Source of the DNA: Marsupella aquatica
Lineage: Eukaryota > Plantae > Marchantiophyta
Reading direction: 5' to 3'
Assembly (NCBI GenBank): GCA_973895155.1
Contig: OZ316893.1
Location: 9,987,660-10,051,659, forward strand
DNA length: 64,000 bases
Shown here in pieces: positions 35,670 to 48,138 of the stretch. The notes beneath the pieces are model-generated. The model saw only the letters and a list, made by a program, of their open reading frames with translations. It did not search any database and was not told the origin of the DNA. The first letter of the stretch is position 1. The number at the start of each line of letters is the position of its first letter. The translations under genes and the position numbers were made by a program.

Positions 35670-37522
35670 CTACTCATTTCGGTTTTCATTGTCTTGCGCT
35701 TCTGCTTTCACCTCTGCCAGTTGCTGACGATGACGATGGCGACGAATAGATCGCTGCATGTTCTGCTCATCTGTTGTTGCTCGATTGGCCATGGCATATT
35801 CCTTCCACTGTTGGAATCTACCACTGAATAGCAAATTGTCAAAGTCACCATCTGACAAGTTATATTCATTAACTGTGAAGTTGTCAATGGGCCTTGAATC
35901 GATCTGTGTCATTGCAATACTCTCTTGCGTCATGTCTTTAGTGTCTTGATGTGTCTCCATTGGTGGCATTTATTTCAACAAACCTCGTTGCTCATATTCT
36001 CGTTCATAAAATGGTTTCCGACACCAATATTTTCGGCTCTTCTTCATCCACCGAAACAAGCAAGCATGATGCCATAAGTGACCGCATGTTCCCAAAATGG
36101 AAACAGATTCAGGACCCCATGGATACAAGCACCAAGTACATTTTCCAGCCTTTTCTCGAACAAATTGGGCCATACTTTCATCGGTCATCCACTTGTCAAA
36201 AAATTTCGCTACATCTTCTGGATCCTCCTCCACATCCAAAAAATGATGAGATTCTCCCGTAGGATCAATTATTTGCAAGTTCATATAATTGTAGTTCCTA
36301 CATCTTGATTTTTCCTTGTCTGACTGACCATCCACCTCAGCAGTGTTCATTTGCTCGATCTCCTCTTGCAAATTGCTTATGATCACCTCTTGTGATGCAA
36401 CCTGATTCTTCAAATCCTGAATGACTCTATCTGCCTCTTGAACTTGTTTCATTTGACTAGATTGACCATCCTTTTGGGTAAGTTGTTTGTTGAGCATTGC
36501 GATCTCCTCCATCTTGTCATGCAGTTGCACCTTGTATTCCTTCACCTCTGAAGTAGTCGCACTTTGAATGGGCGTTTTTTCCATTGTTTTCATCTTCAAA
36601 AGATTATCTTGCAACTTTGAGTTGTAGTAGTCAATGCTGCCAACTTCACAAAGGTCAAGACAAAACTTTATGCGGAGATTGTTCTCAATCAAATGACCAA
36701 TCTCTGTGCCCAAACTCTTGCACACAATCTCCATGCTCAGTGATTCTTTCTTTGGATCCAAAATACCAGTGAACTTTCCTGGAAAATTGTTACTTGTAGA
36801 TGTTGCAATATGTGATGTTTTGCCCATATGTTTTGGTGCGCTGAAACTTTCGGATTTGGTGAAGAGTTGTTCCAATGCAGTTGGTTTATCTTTCTGATGT
36901 ACATGAATGTCTTGCGTGTCATGTATCTTTCTTTTTGACCCTTTGTTGGTTGCTTGACTCGACATATCTTTTGTAGTATTTTTGTTGCTCTTCAAACCTC
37001 GCTTCAAACTTGCAATGTCCAGGACAGACTGATGCACAGAGTGAGTCAAACAGAGCTTGTTTTGCCTTGCGCCTTCTTTGGAGCATACTCTCAAAATCTT
37101 TGCTGCCAATGCTTGCCAATTTCCACATGTGTTACCTTGGACATTGTGTACTTCTCTTGCATCCAAGACCTTGTGGCCCATAAATTTTCATCATCAAAAA
37201 TGATTTTCATCCATTTTTGGAACTCCACACGTGGCATCAATATCTCCAATTATTTGGCGTTGATGGGCCATTCATTGTGAGGAGGTTTCACATTTGGCAT
37301 TGTGATGTTCCATTCAACATCCTTGGTGTTCTCATCCATTTTGGTTATGCTTTGCCCTACATGATTGCTACTCATTCCAATGTCCTCGTCTATGGGTTGT
37401 GAATCTTCTTCAGCGTATTGATCTTGAGACCAAAGGTGTAAATCTTGAGTAGGTTGCAAATATAAATATGGAATCTTTCTAGGTTTTTTCTCTTTGTCGG
37501 ATTCCAAATCCCATTTTCCCAT
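35670..37522 (-). pseudogene. Coiled-coil plus C-terminal RING-like protein, disrupted
   Basis: Long Q/E/K heptad region followed by CTWCLYPW...TCGHLWHHACLFRW (RING-H2-like). ORFs 35670-35969 and 35970-37181 are in frame, separated only by a TAA. Further stop/frameshift near 37200-37250. Confidence 0.6.
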
Positions 37523-37707
37523 TGTTGCAGATTCTACAATAACAAAAACATTTTTAGCATTCATTCGCCATACACTCTTCAAGATAAAAATGATAACAAA
37601 ATACAATGAAACAAAATGAGTAATACATTTCATTCATATGACATGATTAAAATAGATAATAGTTTATGTCATCTATCATTGTCATTCACGATGAAACTAT
37701 GTCATCC

Positions 37708-38590
37708 CTAATCTCTTATCTGATAAGGACTATTGTGCTGAACTAATCTACAATCTTGGAATGTCCTCATCATTCTCAAACTCCAATGAACACAATCCAT
37801 TCTTTTCTTCACATCAGTGGTCATCATGTCACGTATCATAATCTCCAATTTAGGGCAATTCTCTCTAGCATTCCAACCCCTATTCAGATATCGTGTCATT
37901 GGGGTCATTCCATCCCAATTTTCTGTGAGTAATGTCTCAAAGACATTGCCCAAAGCATATATGTCAGTTGCTTGACTGTACTCTGTTGGATCGGAACGAA
38001 CTAGCTCAGGCGCCAATTGTGGATATTGTTTTTGATACGCAACTGCTTTCTCTGTAGAGGTGGGCCACATTCAATTTTGTGATAATGTGCATTGTGACTT
38101 GTGTTTGGACAACCCAAAATCATATATTCCTACATAAACTCTAATTGTCAAATCATCATCGTGATCAAAGTGAAGAAGGATGTTCCCAAAATGAAGATCA
38201 CAATGGAAACGGTCGTGTGCATGCAAATATTGCAAGGTCTCCAATAGAGCCATAGCAATCCCCAAACGATGTTCCAAAAAGAGTTTCTTTTTGGATATGA
38301 ATGTCACATCAACCTCAGAAGTGGATTGTGTCTTCCCTTTGCTCTTACTCCATTTCCCACACTTATATATGAAGCTTCCCAAGTCACCTCCATTGTAATG
38401 GTCATAGATAAGTTTTGGTGGATCTTCGATAGTCATTGCCAAGGCCCCAATTATACTTTTGTGATTCAAACCTCCCATGAGCACTTCTTGTAAGGCATCT
38501 GTTTGTCTCTTGTGCCGATCTCCATCCTTAAATCATTTTGCAACCAGTGTTGCATTTCGAGGAATCAATGGGCAACCCAATATATGACAT
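37708..38590 (-). pseudogene. Protein kinase domain (TKL-like), intronless, 5'-truncated, with premature stops
   Basis: VAK*FK...EV..LNHKSII, YNGGDL, YLH...HCDLHFGNILL, DFGLS, LAPEL and TDIYALG. ORFs 37708-38070 and 38071-38484 are in frame across a TGA. Confidence 0.85.
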
Positions 38591-38606
38591 ATGAATCCAA
38601 GACCCT

Positions 38607-38804
38607 GTGCGTTCAGATAACATAGCTGGGTACATCAATAGTACACATGGTAGAGGGAGTGGACTCCAGCCTAATGTAGAGTGGGCTCAGATTTTTGGCC
38701 CACCCACTCCGCCTTACTATGTCACACATATGGATGATCATGTTATGACAGTAGCCATACGGACCATTAGGGCGGGTGATGAGTTGTTTTGTGACTATGA
38801 ATGA
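38607..38804 (+). pseudogene. C-terminal half of a SET domain
   Basis: AGYINST...PNVEW...VAIRTIRAGDELFCDY matches the SET signature RFINHS.PN...A.R.I..GEEL..DY. The N-terminal half is missing. Confidence 0.7.
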
Positions 38805-38949
38805 AACGCACCCAAGAATGGCATTCGATCTGGCCACACTTAGCACATATGTGTATTCCCCATTTTTGAAGTAATATAAGAATATTGTAGTTTTTTAAGG
38901 AACCCATGGGCTAACTCAAACATATATATCTGTTTTGTGCGTTGTATGA

Positions 38950-41900
38950 TAGAATTCATATGTTGAGCCGGATGTTGGGGTGTTACCATGAGCTATGCAC
39001 CAACACCTTGTTCAGGCCATGGAAGATTGGCGACATGCCTCTTCTACCACCAGATGGCGATCCGGATGTTCCAGAGCAGGAACCAAATGCCTCCCAATCA
39101 AGAGTTGATGAAGATAGGGCCATGGATGACTTGATGCACCAATTCTATGACATAGATGATGGTGATCATGCACTAGTACATTTTACCTCCTTTTTCCGAT
39201 TCTCTCCACATCAGACATCTTTGTAAAACAAAATATGAAAAAACCATACATCCGATTCTGTCGACATCGTAACATGCCATGATAGAAGTATCGGATATCG
39301 ACAATCGGACTTATATCGGAAATTCCGATGCTGAAAGAATGGGAAAGTCCGATGTTGGGAGAATGGGAAAGTCCGATGCTGGGAGAATGGGAAAGAGCAA
39401 AACAATGAAAATCGGATACACATTGGAGCGGACGCAGGGTGCTCAGGTCACCCATCTCTTCCTTTGTATATTTACTTTCATTTTGCAACCACGAGCGAGG
39501 TGCCCATCTCCTTTGACATTTCAACTCTTCATTCCTCAACTAAGTGGTCACCCATCCCAATTGCTATTCCTCCAACATGAGCTTAACTTTGTGGTTCTTA
39601 TCCCTCACAATGTACATGCAAGCTTAACACTTTTATTGTTTGACTTGGAGTGTTTAGGGATTTTATACACTTCTAAATTTATTAAGACCCATAATTTGGA
39701 CCTAAGCTGGGCAGAGTTGGGAGAGGCCGACAGGAAACATGCAACAATGTAGCCCTAGCCAAGCTAGAGGCAGCCAGGGTCAACGACAACACAGCCCAGG
39801 CCGGGGAAATGAGGACGCAATGATAGTGGCAAGGGTGGAGCAAAGACGCAGCCAGTGCGCCTCGACTATGGTGATAGAGAAATGGAGGGGAGGAGAAATG
39901 GATTAGCCGACCCACCCCTCCGCAAACTATATTGAGGGTTAAAAATGTAACCGTGAGGGAAGCGACGACCGTCCAATGGGAAGACCAAAAGAAATCTCAA
40001 ACGTCGGATCTTAGGTAGTTAACCTGAGTTACTTTTCTTAACCAATGACTCAAACGAGTGGCAGACTGATCAATACAAGAAAAAGAATGGCAATGTAGTG
40101 ATTATGCCACAAAAGTGTGGCATTAGACTAATAAATCCTAGTTTTGCTCTATCATGATATTGCATGTTTGCATCGAGTGATTTATAATTACGATTACTCT
40201 CTTACATTCCCTTGGAGCAATCAATAGAAATTTGGGGTCATTTGTGAATAGTAAAGCCCTCCTCCATCTGACTTGACATGAGATCATTATAGTTTATTAG
40301 TTATGGAAGATTAATATTTTGGTCCTTCCAAAGCCTTGGCATCAAGGGCAGCTCCCAATTGTCTCATCTTTCATCAACTATGTTGTTGTTGGACTTGCAA
40401 CAAAGACTACATGGGACAAGCAATCTCCTTTTAGATGATAAATTTTTGATTTTGCATGTTGAGCAAATATTGCCAAAAGGGAACAATATTTTGGGGTCTT
40501 GGAAGGAGGCAAGAACAACATTCAATTAGGTCCATTTGCCTCAAGTATGAAGTCATTCAAACATGCAAGAATGATTGTATCCTCTTTTCTAGGAAGAGTA
40601 TGTCGGTGCAACTACATGCCCCATCTAACACAATAGGAATGTGTTGTTTTGCCAAAATGAAAATTTCCCATTCTCCCAGCATCGGACTTTCTCATTCTAC
40701 TAGCATCAGACTTTCCCATTCTCCCAACATCGGACTTTCCCATTCTCTCAGCATCGGACTTTCCCATTCTCTCAACATCAGACTTTGCCATTTTACCACA
40801 ATCGGATATAATATCCGTTCTTATCAACTACGGAACTTTTCCGATCAATATTGAAATGCACATCATTTCCGTTGCAAAAAACATCGGACATATCAATCAA
40901 ATTTTTTGTTAGGGGATCCGATGTATTTTGTAATGGATATGATCCATTTTTTACCGCATCGAAAAGGTTCTGTTGTTAATTACATCGGAAATGAAGATAT
41001 CCAAAGCCGAGAGTATGGCATATTGCCATTTTGTGATAATTGGAATTTCCGATTCTAAAAGAATCGGACGCCGATTGTTTGCAAAAATTGAGCATCGGAA
41101 ATCAGCTAAATATGTACTAGTGATGACATGGCTGATGGGGAGAACATTGAGGTGCCACTTCCACATCAAGAAGGTTCAAGGAGTTCAGCCTCCAAACAGT
41201 GGGATGAAGCATGTTAGCATGCACAAACTCGGATATTTGATGGATCACGCTTCTCTCATCTTTCAGCAATAATGTTGTTGTTGAACTTGCAGCAAAGACA
41301 TGGAGCAAGCGACCTACTTCTTGATGATCTCTTTCGGACATTGCATGATTGTATCTTGCCAGAAGGAAACAACTTGCCAGACTCTTGGAAAGAGGCAAAG
41401 AAGGTGTTGAAGTCCATAGGTCTGCAGTACAAAGTCATACATGCTTGCGTGAATGATTGCATTCTGTTTAGAGGCACTTATAAAGATGCAACGTCATTAA
41501 ATACATGTGAGAAGCCAAGGTATCGTGAGGACATGTTGACGGGAAAAGTTCCTCAGAAGGTCATGAGGTACTTTCCTCTTATACCTTGTTTGCGCCACCA
41601 ATATAGATGTGATGAGTTGGCTGAGTATATGGTTTCATTGGCATTCCCAAAATCGCTCAGATATGAGTTCACAACCACCCACCATGCGCATGATGGTTGA
41701 CTCCCCTGCAAACAAGTTTGTGGAGGAGAGATGGGGTGAGTTCCAAACTGACCCACGTTATGTTTGCCTAGGATTGGCAACGGATGGCATCAGCCCATTT
41801 GCACTAGCAGGTAAGGCCCAACCATATTCACTATGGCTAGTGGTCCTTACTAATTAGAACATCCCTCCATGGATGTCCATGAAGAAGGGTCATTTGCTCC

Positions 41901-42912
41901 TTTCCATGATTATCCCTGGTCCTAAGCAAGTGAAAAAAATTGATGTGTACTTGCAACCATTGATTGAGCTACAAAAGCTTTGGAGGGGTGTGGATTGCTA
42001 TGATGGTCAAGTGCAAACGGGGGGCTTACGTCGAGAATTTAAGTTGAAGGCCATTCTTATGTGGACCACACATGATCTTCCAAGTATGAATCTTTGTTAA
42101 ATTATCCCATCCCATAGCTAGGCAACCGTACCTAGCATACTTTGTTATGTATAATTGAGTTAGCTAGGAGCACATATATCTTTTAATAAACTTATTTACT
42201 TATGCATGGGATATATATTTATATACAGGGTTTGGATATATTTCTGGCCTGACCACATCAGGATATCGAGCTTGCCCAACTTGTGGACCTGATTTGGAAG
42301 GAATAGCGCGGCCAAAGTCAAAGACCTTGAGGAAGATAGTGTATATTGGTCACACCAAGTACCTCCCTCTAGACCATGATTGGAGGAGAGACCCCTTTTT
42401 ATATGACACTGAGGATGGCCAACCAGACAGACGACCACAACCTAGCTATTCCAAAAGATCCTGCATATTGGAAAGAGGTATGGGAGAGAGTATCTAATCC
42501 AAATGACCCATTGTAGTTTGCCCGGTGTGGCATGACTTGTTTGTCTGCATTGTCACAACTGCCTTATTGGGCGGAGATGCCACTTAACCATTTATTTGAC
42601 CCTATGCACATTGAGGGAAATGTTGGGAAGTCCTTGATTCGCCACCTATATGGAGAGAAAGACAACAACTGGAGAGAGAGTTGTGAAGAGATGGGGATGC
42701 ATGGCCCTCATGGTTTTTGACCATCTATGGATCCCGATAATGCCCCCTTACTATTCATCCTCCTTGGGTTTTGACACGAGGTGAGCGGACCGAGTTTCGC
42801 AAACGCATAGGGTTTATGCGATTTCCTACAGGGTATGGTGCCAATCTTAGCAAGGCATTTGGTGGACTTGACTCTCCAAAATGGTCAGCTTTCTTGAAGA
42901 CCCATGATTATC
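38950..42912 (+). pseudogene. CACTA TnpD N-terminal half (Transposase_21-like), interrupted by a nested CACTA and ending at the inversion breakpoint
   Basis: LPEGNNLPDSWKEAKK..YKVIHACVNDCILFRG, VMRYFPLIP, LGLATDGISPF, IPGPKQ..IDVYLQPLI, WTTHDLP, DPMHIEGNV and LKTHDY, with stops and frameshifts. Confidence 0.9.
39171..41122 (+). mobile_element. Non-autonomous CACTA element (1952 bp)
   Basis: CACTAGTACAT at 39171 and ATGTACTAGTG ending 41122, with 3-bp TSD ATG on both sides. Inverted ~21-bp subterminal repeats GAATGGGAAAGTCCGATG lie at both ends, and a decayed TnpD piece lies at ~40360-40620. Excision restores the host frame DDGDH-DMADGENIE. Confidence 0.92.
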
Positions 42913-43878
42913 TGTGAATGCGGATATCTGCGGCCCTATTGACCCTCCTAGTGGCCCATTCAAGTACTTCCTAGTACTCATTGACTCTTCAACTAAATGG
43001 TCACAGATCTCCCTACTCTCAACACGCAACTTGGTCTTTGCAAGAATATTGGCCCACATTTTAAAATTAAGAGCTCAGTTCCCTGAGCACCCCACACGTA
43101 TACTAAGAGTCGATGGAGCAGGAGAATTCACTTTGAAAGCCTTCGACGACTTCTGTTGGGCAACTGGAATCGATACCCAGTACTCAGTCCCACATGTACA
43201 CTTCCAAAACGGCATAGCCAAATCGGTTATTAAACGACTACAAATGGTTGCAAGACCAATGTTAATGCACTCAAACTTACCACTATCCGCCTGGGGACAT
43301 GCTATCCAACATGCATCAACACTACTCAAATATAGACCGTCTGCATATAACTCGAAGACCCCATATCATTTGGCATTAGGAACGCCACCGGATTTATCAC
43401 ACTTACGAATATTCGGATGCAAAGTTATGGTCCCAACCTTAGGACCTAAAAGGACAAAAATTGGCCCCTAACGACACCCCGGCATATATGTAGGATTTGA
43501 TTCCACATCCATTATCCGATACCTCAAACCTACCACATCAAATCTATTCAAAGCTCGACACCAAGACTGCCACTTCTACGAAGACAAATTCCCAACACTA
43601 TCAACAGACGCAACATTATACAACCAGATCCAACAGAACCTCAATTGGAATAATCTAAACCTCATCCACGTACCAAGACCCAAGAACCAAAAAAGCAGAT
43701 GAAGAAGTCAGACAAATCATCCACCTCAATGAGATGCTAGAGAAAATTCCAGACTCATTCAATGATGCAGCGAACGTGACCAGGTCACATGTAGAAGCAG
43801 CCAATGTACCTGCACGAGTGCAGACCTCCAAGAACCCCACTTCGGGCCCCGCTTCTGAAACAGCACCGAGAGCAAAAA
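42913..43878 (+). mobile_element. Bianca-lineage copia integrase fragment
   Basis: ADICGPIDPPSGPFKYFLVLIDSS..LLSTRN..LRAQFP..GAGEFT..HVHFQNG..IKRLQ is the Bianca-type integrase. It is truncated before RT. Confidence 0.88.
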
Positions 43879-44358
43879 CCCCTATTTAGATAAAACTGGA
43901 CAATTAGTGAAATTTTGGATTGATTGAAATTACAATTAAATCATATTTAAGCAAAATAAATTCATTATTACTAAGTTAACACTTGCATGTACCAAAAAAC
44001 CATATATATTGGTACACACTGTCATAATTAGAATTATTGTAATATGCACAATTTAGAATGAAAGATGCACAATCCATGGTCCAATAATGAATAAAGTGGT
44101 ACAAGGTGTGCAATCACATTAATGTGCATAAATTTACTAGTAAGAGTGAAATGCATAATCCATGATCCAGTCATGAATAACCATCCACATATGGAAATCA
44201 TTCAATGCTAGGTTGCTTTCTTGTGATTGTTGAAGAGAAGAATTTTATTGAAGAATTGCTCTCCCCTTTTTAATATGTCAAATCAACCAAATAACAAGGT
44301 GATGATGATGATTTACAATTACTTATCCTTCTACTAATAAAACTACACTGTCTAAGTA

Positions 44359-47300
44359 TCATGAAGTTGATGCTGCCTCATCCTCTAAGCATCTATTCAA
44401 ATTGTCTCTTGCTTTCATTGCATGACTTTTTGCTATTCTAACTAAGCCACTTTTGGCTGTGGTCCGTCCCTTGAAACACCATAGTACAGTGTTCACACTT
44501 ATTGTCTCAGTGGAATACCCTGGATCACGTTCCCATTGTTGATTCCAACAATCTAACCACCGCTGTCGTGGCTCATATTCTGGCTGACCACGTTTTTTTA
44601 GCATGTAAGGTCTATACCACTCCACAATACACACATGTTCAAGTTGATTGTTGGCATTCAACTCTCCTTCTTCCACATTACTAATCACTTTGCCCAAATA
44701 AATTGGGTAAATATCTAGGTCAGCTGTGTCTGGCCGAACCAAGATATAATTATCTTTCATGATATCTACCCTTGGGTTAAAAGTTTCACGAGGTTTGTCT
44801 TTCCTTGGTCCCACATACCCAATCTTTGCATCCAACTCACATGCCACATTGCGGTATTGCAAAGGAACACTATCTCTCCATTTTGACATGGGCCAAAATC
44901 CATGAACCAAGTGTTCCTCTCCAGATCTATATTGCACCGCCTCTGTCTCCAAAGTATGGATAATTTGATTCCAGTATTGTATCAGTGCCACCCATCTACC
45001 CTTTCCTTCTTCTGAAGTAGTTCGATTGCAGACAAAATTAAAAAATTTCACTTGCTTATGTAGTCCTTGTCGCACCTCCTCTACCATGGCCATTTCTATC
45101 ATTGGTAATCTTTTTGGTTCTCCTACGGGAAGTTTTGGACTATTATCATCCGTCCACGACCACATCTCAATACCTTCTCTTGGGAGCCAATCATCCTCTT
45201 GGCATTTCATTTTGTATTGAAGGCATGGCATACCATCATCACGCACATACAATCGAAATAGTCGTGGTTGCAAATGCCCCACCAATGAGTCCCCTCCTTT
45301 AAGCAAGTATGGTTCCAAGTATGATTTAAAATCGGGCACCTCTTGCACGAAATGGGGAACTGGATGTGGAGTCCTTGCCCCCATTAACAATGACATTAGA
45401 TCTGCCAAAGAATAGGTTGGGTTACGCATTAAACTTTCAGAGAAATGGCCAAACATAGCATCAACATCCTCATGAGTATGTCCGACCATGAGAAATCCCA
45501 GATGAATCTCTTCAAAAACATCTCTTGCCGTCAGTAGGGACAAATAACCCAACACATATCTGTTTTTGTTATCTCCTGCACAATTGTCAAGTTGTAACTT
45601 CAAAACTCTTGGAAGAGGCTTGAAGGTAGTAGACGCATCCAATGAGTGTGACTTCGCTGCAAAAATTTAAGAACCATATATATTAGGGTCAATAATTAAT
45701 TTAGAGCCAAAACATTTTCATAGAGCCTACATATTTTCTTAGACATATAGAATAACCAATAATATACCATCATGGGCAACGATTTATGAACATAAACTCA
45801 AATGAACTATAGTTTCGAGTCTGAAATAAATAGTTAACGGTTCAAGCCATGGTTCTCACTAAGTTTTGCATACACTAACAACAAACCATGGGTCACACTT
45901 TCAATAAGCTAGTTACAATGAACCATGGTTTGTGCTCTCAAATAAACTAACAATAAAAAATGGTTCATACTTTGAAATAAACTATCAATGAACCATGGTT
46001 TGCACTTATCACATAAAATAACAAACAAGGATATATCCTAAGAAAATGACTCTCACATGAGCGAATAATAACAATCTTTATGTCAACTGACAATGAACTC
46101 TGGTTGACACCTTGGAAGGTCACATCACTTACAAAGGAAGCATGGTTGATACTGAATATGGCATAAAATAACAACACTTATTTGCATTGAAGTGAAATAA
46201 TTACCTAGATTTGATATTTCGTCCTTAAATGCTTCACGAAGTTTTCCCTCCAATATAGGTCCTCGCCCCTCAAGCAAGTTTTCAAATAGTTTTGTGGAAT
46301 CTGGCCCTTCCACTAAAGATTTGATCATCGGTTCTGGATTTTCCAACATTCGAAGTATTGTGTCAAGTGAACCAATTGTGGCATTGGCATCAGGTGCCCA
46401 CACTCCAACATTATATTGAGCAATAGCTTTTGGACCATGGCCATGAGTCAAAATACCAGTCAAGGTAATTGGAAGTTTAATCGCACCATCCACTTCTTTC
46501 GGACAAAAGGGCATCCTTGGTAGTGCAGTCTTACAATGATCCATTTTATCATGAATTATGCATAAGACCTGTTTTGGATTATCAACAGACTGGCGTCTCC
46601 AAGAGTGATATAATAATCTGCCTTCGGTATGATCACGATGATGAGCGATTTCATCCCTCTTTAAAATCTCAATCTCTTCTTTCACACCGGTCAGATTTGC
46701 TTTCCGTTGCATCAACTCACTACAAGTTGTACACTTGGAAAAGTTATTGCCTTTCTTATGAATCGTCACTTCCTTGAAGTACTTTTGATGTAAAATACTC
46801 AATGTGGACTGGGAGATTGGTTGAAGACCAAGCTCTAAATTTGTAGCATTGAGCTTGTTCCTAATACTTTCCCAAGTATAACTTGTAGGTAGCTCCTTTA
46901 AAACTTGTCGAGATTTGTCTGCAGTCGTCCTCATTTTTGCAGGATGAAGATCTGCGCACTCATCAATCAACCCATGCAATGACATATAGGCTTGAGAAAC
47001 TCGTTCAGTCATCCTTCTCTTTCCTTGGTTTCCATGATAAGCTATCCTCACCCCATTACCCACAGCCTTTCTGAGCTCATAGAATTGACTTCGCCCTTTG
47101 GAGTGCAAAATCCTCCATGCCTCCAAGCATATTGCCTTCCCTTCAATGATGATTAGTTTTTCAGTATTAGATAGTTCCAATATATTGACAATAGCATTGA
47201 TCTCATACTCTTTTCGCATCTCAAATGATTTCTCCCAATAGTTCTCCCTAATCCCCCTTGCCACATGAGGGTCAAGAAGATGGCAGCACCGACGAAGGCA

Positions 47301-48138
47301 ACATTTCTGTTTTCTGATTTCCTCCACATCTTCTTTGGAAAGGGACTTGTCTTTCTTTGACAAAGAAAGAGAAGGTTGTTTTCTTTTTCTGGTTATTGGA
47401 ATGTATGATCTCTTTCGACTTGAAGCATCTAGATCCTCCTCCTCTGCATCTACAAAAAATGAGGCTAATAGCCTTCCGTTACTTGTGACGAGCCTATCCA
47501 ATGGCCATGCCCTCAAACAAGATTTCTCTATGTTTCAGGTGATCATTGGTTGCACCTTGAATATATTCATCAATCAAGATTCCCACATGTGTATTTCGAA
47601 GAGTAGTATCTCCCAATGTCACTTCTGGATTAACAGCCATTACTCTTGCAATGGCAAAGGCAAAATGTGTTTCATCAAGTACTTTAACAACCATTCCCAT
47701 CCATAAACTTGTGGATGAAATTCGAAGAGGATTTCCACTAGATTCAACTCCATTCTCATTTGACCACTTCGGTTGGTTTCCTTGAGCTTCGTTCTCATTT
47801 GAGATCTCTGGTTGGCTGGTATCACTTTCATTGCTCGTTGAAGCTCCATTCTTGTATGAGGTATTAGGTAGGTATCCAGTAACCATTTCAAGTTGCTGAA
47901 GTTGACCTTTTTTCCAGACTAGAAAAGATCCTATCATGTCAGCCAAGCTTTCACCATGATCCCATTGAATTTCCCCATCAAATACTTCTTTCAAAGTAAC
48001 AAGAACTTGAAGAGGCCCAAGAGGAACATTATGGCAAATCCGAGATGGATCCACACTTTGAATGATACCCTTCGCAACCATTTTATTTGATATGCACAAA
48101 CCTACGGTTTCACCGACAATAATCCAAGATGTCGCCAT
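44359..48138 (-). pseudogene. Sola1-like DDD transposase, two exons, one frameshift
   Basis: CCLRRC..IC..AW, FSKCTTC, IIHDKMDH..LP, LQLDNCAGDNKN and FLMVGHTHEDVDAMF. A GT-AG intron 46204-45657 joins the exons in frame (SNL-A-KSHSLDAS). A frameshift lies near 47510. Termini were not found. Confidence 0.7.
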
